Source: Candidatus Babeliales bacterium (GTDB taxonomy: Bacteria; Babelota; Babeliae; Babelales; Vermiphilaceae). Taken from it: 64,000 bases of DNA. The notes under the pieces were generated by a model that was not told the DNA's origin, made no database searches, and saw only the letters and a list, made by a program, of their open reading frames with translations. Position 1 is the stretch's first letter; each line of letters starts with the position of its first letter. Shown here in pieces: positions 58,367 to 64,000 of the stretch. The position numbers and the translations under genes were made by a program. The DNA is taken from positions 530,568 to 594,567 of the forward strand of contig CAVUQO010000002.1 in assembly GCA_963743635.1 (NCBI GenBank), read 5' to 3'.

Positions 58367-61315
58367 CTATAACACTACTGCAGGATTTGTATTCATATCA
58401 TCCATCATATCAATAATGCTATTATCCTTGGCAAGCGGTGTTATGGTACATTCGCTCATCAGTGCATCAATATCTCTGCCCGTTAGGGTTTCATATTCTA
58501 ATAATGCACGCGCAAGGAGTTGCAATGCTTCTTTATTTTGTTCTAACAAAGTAGTGGCATTTTTGTAACATGCATTGCGGAGTGACATTGCGCGAGCAAG
58601 GTATTCATGCTTAAGTTTATCATCAAGCTGATCAATGTTAATGCCATTCAATACCGCTTTTTTAGCAATTTCAAACGCTTCTAATCGTTTTTCAGCAAGG
58701 TATGCATTACTATTGTTTGATTTGCTCAAAAGCACGTTTCCGGCAGCATAGCCCGCTAATGCAATGGTGCACGCGTTGATCTGCTCTTGGATGGTCTTGA
58801 GTGAATCATTATTATTCATGCTATAGGTAAACAGTTTGCCATGGATAATACGATCAGCCTTAGCAGCCTCTTCAGGACTATTTTTTGTATCAGTCATTTG
58901 ACTCCATACAGAACGCTCTTTAATGGCTTCTCGAATTGGCAGGGTGGTTACCTTTGCAATTGATTGTTTCGGAGCAAGCAATTTTGTAGCAAGTGTGTAA
59001 CCAGCTTGGTGTATTGCGACGATGCCTCGTTCTTGCTCTGATAATTCTCGGTCGGAATGCATAATAATGCCACGAATATTCTTATCAAAGCTCGCATCAA
59101 GATGTCGTTGAGAGAGAGTTTCTACATTGAACTTTGCGGTGATGAATGCATCTTCGATTGTTTTTCGAATATCTTCATAGGTGCAATCTTCAGATTCGCG
59201 TGCAAATTTACTGATATCAAGTGAGTTTGTATTTACTGAACGCTTTTCAAGAATGTTGATAATAAATGCCTTGCGATCAGCATACGTTGGATACTCAAAG
59301 CGAACTTCTTTGCTCAAGCGGCCAGATTGTCTTAAAGCTTTATCGAGACTATCTTCTTGGTTTGTAGCAGCGATTACAAACACTTTAGATTCGGGATCAT
59401 TACTCATGCAGCCACTCAATTCAGTTAAGAATTCACCAAGCAGAGCATTATTTTTACCTGCTTGAAGCTCGAGTAAATGAATTTCATCAATAAAGAGAAT
59501 GCATGGTGAAGAGCGCCGTGCAAGTTCCATGCACATGCGGAATCCGCCTGGTTCACGTAAGAAATCTGCAGGAGCCACCAAGAAGTTAAATTTATTTTTA
59601 TCTTTACCGTTACGCTCAAGAGTTTTACGAATTTCGCCCGCAAGTGCTTCAACCATGAATGATTTACCAGAACGTGCTTTCCCGGTGAAGAGATATCCTT
59701 TTTCCAGCTTTAAACCGCGGTTATCAATACCTTGTGGATCTTCAAAATAGCGTACGATTGTAGAAAGAGAATCCTTAATTTCTTGTTGGCCAACGACGTC
59801 ATCGAATGTGTATTTGGGATCAATACGGCTTATTTCATTATTTTTCTTTACGGCTTTTTTGCCAAGCAAGAAATTATATAAAGCAGTCTTTTTCTCATTA
59901 AACATTTTGTACATACGTTTAAAGTCGCTCATGCCATATCCAATCGCAAATCCTACAGGGACACTAATTGCCGGGTTAGCTACAATTATAGCAGCGTTAA
60001 GACCGATATTCCCCACCAATCCGAGCTCTTCTGGTTTTGGCATTGAGACTTGCCCAGTCATAGGGTCTTTTATAAATCGCTTACCATAAAACTTTACTCC
60101 GGGCAATTTTTTTCCTGTGTCGTCTACGCTTCCGCTAAAAGGAATATAAAAATCCCATGCTTCAGGCCAAAAGCCAAGTTGATGTATAACGGCGCTTGCT
60201 GCCAGTGTACTCACCGTTGGCCACAAAATACGGCTGCCGCCATCGAAATATTTTGTCCAAATTTCATCGAGCTTGCGGAAAAAATGATTGTACATAGTGA
60301 GGCCCGCATTTTGTGAATCATTGCGGAGTGATGCAAGAAGCTCTTCATTTTCTAAATATTCTTCATCAAGTTCTTCGAGGGTAATTTCTCGTTTGCCGCG
60401 AGTAAATATACTATCGATATCGATTTCAGGAATATCTTTAAAATTATTTTTGATAATGAATTTGATGTGCTCAATTAAATATTTGTTGAGTGCCAGTAGA
60501 GTGTCTATGCGATTTTCATCTACCTGTGAGCGATCATATTTGCATGGTTCGATAATGGCACGAATAGTTTTAATCGCATCTATGGCATCTCGTTTGTTTG
60601 CAACTTTGATCGATTGATTATCGATGAACTGAGCTAACTCTTCAAGAATGGTATCGACAAAACATAATTGTTTAAGTACCTGATCATTGACGCGATCAAT
60701 CTTTGTTTTGCTTTTCTTAGTGATTGCAGTATCGAGTGCTTTGAATTTTTGATTGGTCGTAAGAATTGCCTTTTCAAGATCCTTATCAGTGATAGTGCTT
60801 GCCTGAATCTCGCTTATGAGATCATCTACGTTTTGCTCGGTACTCTTTTTACCATTTATCAGATCTTTTAGACGATCAATTTGAACACCAATAACAAACT
60901 CTACTAAAACCTTTGTTTTAAGATCTGGACTTTGGGCTTTAATATCAGTTAAAAGCTGGGTGGCAAAATCTTTAGTATCTTTGAGTTCTCTCTTGAGAGA
61001 TTCTTGTAGGGGCAGCACGAGTATGCCGGCTTCAAGATTGCCGAGCAGTTCATCGCTCAGCATGCAAAGAAGGGTCAAATGGATAGTCAGCGGGTCTGAT
61101 GTCTCGATGACTTCGGCGTCAGTATCGGCAGGCACCGTACTCGGCGCGAGTGGCGCTTTGCCAGTATTTGATGGTACAGCGGCATTACCAAGAATAGCAG
61201 AATCGGTATTTTCAGGGTTGGTATTGGCCCAAATATTGGGTATACTGCTTGCAGTTAGAATAAATAAGGCTATAGAAATAGTGATTGGGTTAAACGTGCG
61301 ATTAGGAGATTTCAT
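58367..61315 (-). CDS. FtsH-like AAA+ ATPase with a large exported N-terminal region and a degenerate M41 protease domain
   Basis: [27 protein letters not shown]...LDKALRQSGRL; AIHQAGY in place of AxHEAGH; LLEYETLTGRDI. Confidence 0.85.
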   Translation of the reverse strand: MKSPNRTFNPITISIALFILTASSIPNIWANTNPENTDSAILGNAAVPSNTGKAPLAPSTVPADTDAEVIETSDPLTIHLTLLCMLSDELLGNLEAGILVLPLQESLKRELKDTKDFATQLLTDIKAQSPDLKTKVLVEFVIGVQIDRLKDLINGKKSTEQNVDDLISEIQASTITDKDLEKAILTTNQKFKALDTAITKKSKTKIDRVNDQVLKQLCFVDTILEELAQFIDNQSIKVANKRDAIDAIKTIRAIIEPCKYDRSQVDENRIDTLLALNKYLIEHIKFIIKNNFKDIPEIDIDSIFTRGKREITLEELDEEYLENEELLASLRNDSQNAGLTMYNHFFRKLDEIWTKYFDGGSRILWPTVSTLAASAVIHQLGFWPEAWDFYIPFSGSVDDTGKKLPGVKFYGKRFIKDPMTGQVSMPKPEELGLVGNIGLNAAIIVANPAISVPVGFAIGYGMSDFKRMYKMFNEKKTALYNFLLGKKAVKKNNEISRIDPKYTFDDVVGQQEIKDSLSTIVRYFEDPQGIDNRGLKLEKGYLFTGKARSGKSFMVEALAGEIRKTLERNGKDKNKFNFLVAPADFLREPGGFRMCMELARRSSPCILFIDEIHLLELQAGKNNALLGEFLTELSGCMSNDPESKVFVIAATNQEDSLDKALRQSGRLSKEVRFEYPTYADRKAFIINILEKRSVNTNSLDISKFARESEDCTYEDIRKTIEDAFITAKFNVETLSQRHLDASFDKNIRGIIMHSDRELSEQERGIVAIHQAGYTLATKLLAPKQSIAKVTTLPIREAIKERSVWSQMTDTKNSPEEAAKADRIIHGKLFTYSMNNNDSLKTIQEQINACTIALAGYAAGNVLLSKSNNSNAYLAEKRLEAFEIAKKAVLNGINIDQLDDKLKHEYLARAMSLRNACYKNATTLLEQNKEALQLLARALLEYETLTGRDIDALMSECTITPLAKDNSIIDMMDDMNTNPAVVL

Positions 61316-61433
61316 TAAAAAAAGGTCCTCTAGGGTAATTTTTTAGATTTTTAAGAAATACTTTATTTGTGTTATTGTAGTCGAAGTTATTGTTTTTGTC
61401 GAAGAATATAATGTTTTTTGAAAGGCGAGTTGT

Positions 61434-62926
61434 ATGAAAATAGTAAAATACACAGCGGGTGTGGCGATGGTAGCAGTCGTGGCATATGTTATGATGATGG
61501 CAGATTGCGGTAAAAGAGAGCATTTGCGGGGTGAAGTGGAGCATAAATCGATCAGTATGTCCGCGCTCACCGGCAAATCAAACGTGGTGCCTATAGCCGT
61601 TATCGGTTCAGGGCCTGCGGGACTCAGTGCGGCGACCTATGCCGGACGTTCAAAGCATCAGACCATCGTTTTTGAGGGACATAAACCGGGCGGGCTCTTG
61701 ATGGATACTACCTGGGTTGATAACTGGCCAGGCAGCGCTCCGGCAATGGGGCCAGACATCATTGAAGGGCTGCGCACGCAGGCAGAGAAGGCGGGAGCAA
61801 TATTCTTACCGTATGCAGTCAAATCAGTGGATTTCTCCGTTTGGCCTTATGCTTTGACTACCGAGGAAGGACTAACTTTTTATGCACTTTCAGTTGTGAT
61901 TGCAACCGGTGCAACGCCAAAAACTCTGAATGTTCCCGGCGAAAAAGAATATTGGGGGCATGGGGTAACGGCTTGTGCGGTGTGTGACGCGCCATTCTTC
62001 CGCGGTGAAGAAGTAGTGGTCATTGGTGGGGGAGACTCTGCGGTAGAGCAAGCAATTCAGCTTGCGCCATATGCCAAGAAGATTACGGTCTTAATACGAA
62101 AAAACCGCATGCGAGCGGCTCAATCGATGCAGGATCGTATCAAAAACTATGAGCATATTTCATTGCATTATCACGTAGATGTCCTTGAAATCGTCGGTAA
62201 TAATGAAGGCGTTACTGGGGTTAAGCTCTATAATAATAAAACAGAAAACGAAGAATTCTTGCCTGCAACGGGTGTGTTCTTGGCTATTGGACATACACCC
62301 AATTCAAGCATGTTTAAGGATAAATTAGAGGTGGAATTTGATGGGTATATCCGCACCATGAGCAAATCTCAGGAAACTTCGGTTTCAGGAGTGTTTGTGC
62401 CGGGGAAGTGGAAGACAACCATTATCGTCAGGCTGGCGTTGCTGCAGGTCGCGGTATTATGGCTGCCCTCGATCAATCGCATTCTTAAGCAATATTGGCT
62501 ATGATCTGAAAATGGCAGATAAAGTAAAAAATCAATTGGTTCGTAAAGAGGACTTTGAAGAGGCGATACTTGCGGATGTGCCGTTAATTACTGATTACGC
62601 TCAATTTAAAAAGCTTACCGCTCAAAACCCAAATTCATTGGTTATCATCGATTTCTTCTCTGAAAGTTGCTCATCATGTATGGCAATGTTGCCTGCTTAT
62701 TCCGCGGTAGCGCATACCTACAAAGACCAGGCTTTCTTCATGAAAGTGGACGTAGGTAGCAGATATGCGAGCTTGCGGAGAGTTCTGCGTCTATAAGGTT
62801 CCATGTATATTCGTCTATAAGGATGGTAAGCTGGTAGAGCGTTTTACTACTACGATGAGCAAGCAAGAATTGACCAATTTTGTAGAAAAATACATGGATG
62901 ATTCAATAGCCGCAGCTGCTGCATAG
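61434..62926 (+). CDS. trxB: Thioredoxin reductase with an N-terminal hydrophobic extension and probable fused C-terminal thioredoxin; frameshifted in 62400-62790
   Basis: IGSGPAGLSAA, IATGA, CAVCD, IGGGDSAVE; downstream frames give YRQAGVAAG, IDFFSESCSSC and VPCIFVYKDGKLV...AAAAA-TAG at 62926. Confidence 0.88.
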
Positions 62927-63199
62927 GCGTTCTGCTTAACCGGCATCACAGGTTTAAAGTATATCGGGATCCTTGGTATGTGGGCATGTCCCCCATATAA
63001 AGGGTCCCGATCTTTTTTTAGGGCGTTCGCTCCTTTTTTACTCGCCAAAACGATTCATATAGAAAATAATGGTTTCTGGATTTGTTGAATAACAGGGGTT
63101 TGCCGCTTTTTTATTGCTTAAAAATATTTTATAAAATTGTTGCAATATGTAATTTTATGTCAGTATACTCAGAAATGAGAGAAACATTGGGAGTTAAAC

Positions 63200-64000
63200 A
63201 TGGTAAAAGGGAAAAGTCATGAAAGACTTACGGAAACAGTTCGGTTTAAAGCGGTGGTTGCGGGCATTTATGCGGCATTTGCAGGCCTTTTAGTGATCTG
63301 GCAGCTCCACGCGGAATTGCCTGCCGTTTCCCCAGTTCTGACTCTATCTCCTATCGTAAATAAATCTGACGCGATTGAAGGGGGTTCTATTGAGGAATTT
63401 ACCTTATTTTCGAAGGAATCTGCCAATTCTGACAAAAAAATAGCCCGTAGGGCACAGTTAGTCCGGTATGACACTGCCGAGGCTACCGTGGTTATTTGCC
63501 ATGGGTTTATGTGCGATAAGTATGATGTAGCCTTTTTAAGGCGTTTATTCCCTAGAGGGAAGTTTAATGTGCTGACCTTTGATTTTCGTGGACATGGGGA
63601 AGAAAGATCTGATCAACAATGTACTTTTGGTCGCGATGAAATTTTTGATGTAGAAGCAGCCGTAGCGTATGTGAAAAATCATCCTAATCTTAAGGGGTTG
63701 CCGTGTATTGCCTATGGTTTTTCCATGGGAGCGGCTACCGCGATAGAATCTCAGGCGAAAAATCAGTCATTATTTGATGCGATGATTCTTGATTGTCCGT
63801 TTGATTCAAGTGAAAACGTGGTGAAACGTGGTATTGATGATCTGAAGGTATCAGCATTTGGTTATGAATTTAACATGCCGGGCCGTTCATTATTGCAAAA
63901 ATATGCATTTCATCCTCACGTACAGGCGTTTGTAAAAAACGTATTGCGCTGTATTACTGCGCTTAATCCGCGGGATATCAATATCAATATGTGCCGCGTA
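63200..64000 (+). CDS. Membrane-anchored alpha/beta hydrolase (partial, runs off window end)
   Basis: Manual translation from ATG at 63200: TM segment, VICHGF, FDFRGHG, YGFSMGAA. Confidence 0.85.
   Translation, partial: MVKGKSHERLTETVRFKAVVAGIYAAFAGLLVIWQLHAELPAVSPVLTLSPIVNKSDAIEGGSIEEFTLFSKESANSDKKIARRAQLVRYDTAEATVVICHGFMCDKYDVAFLRRLFPRGKFNVLTFDFRGHGEERSDQQCTFGRDEIFDVEAAVAYVKNHPNLKGLPCIAYGFSMGAATAIESQAKNQSLFDAMILDCPFDSSENVVKRGIDDLKVSAFGYEFNMPGRSLLQKYAFHPHVQAFVKNVLRCITALNPRDININMCRV

Overview
A 64 kb AT-rich bacterial chromosome segment. Gene content and style suggest an intracellular parasite of protists, probably phylum Babelota/Dependentiae (TM6); this is an inference, as there is no rRNA in the window. 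The housekeeping backbone is dnaE (partial), yicC, yebC, ruvB, rodA, uvrA, mutS, rplU, tlyA, an HtrA-like protease, glyQS, ktr/trk, dnaA, pgk, a lolE-like permease, rpiB, trxB and four tRNAs. It is interrupted by arrays of small secreted-protein genes. The most striking is a 7-gene array between uvrA and mutS. Each gene there ends next to a copy of the uvrA 3' end and/or its terminator and starts with one of two conserved leader modules, while the payload differs. Candidate host-directed payloads in the window are RING-H2 E3 ligase domains, ubiquitin-interacting motifs (UIMs), a UIM plus 2H-phosphoesterase protein, a J-domain protein with a mitochondrial-presequence-like segment, and Cys-rich membrane proteins with dileucine motifs. 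Also present: a protease-dead FtsH-like ATPase, 98-bp tandem repeats carrying the 3' end of tRNA-Arg, two families of tiny palindromic elements (one with filled and empty sites), and a lone GIY-YIG nuclease. Frameshifts in yebC, ruvB, the autotransporter, uvrA and trxB are probably assembly indels. All calls are by-eye motif recognition; no searches were run.
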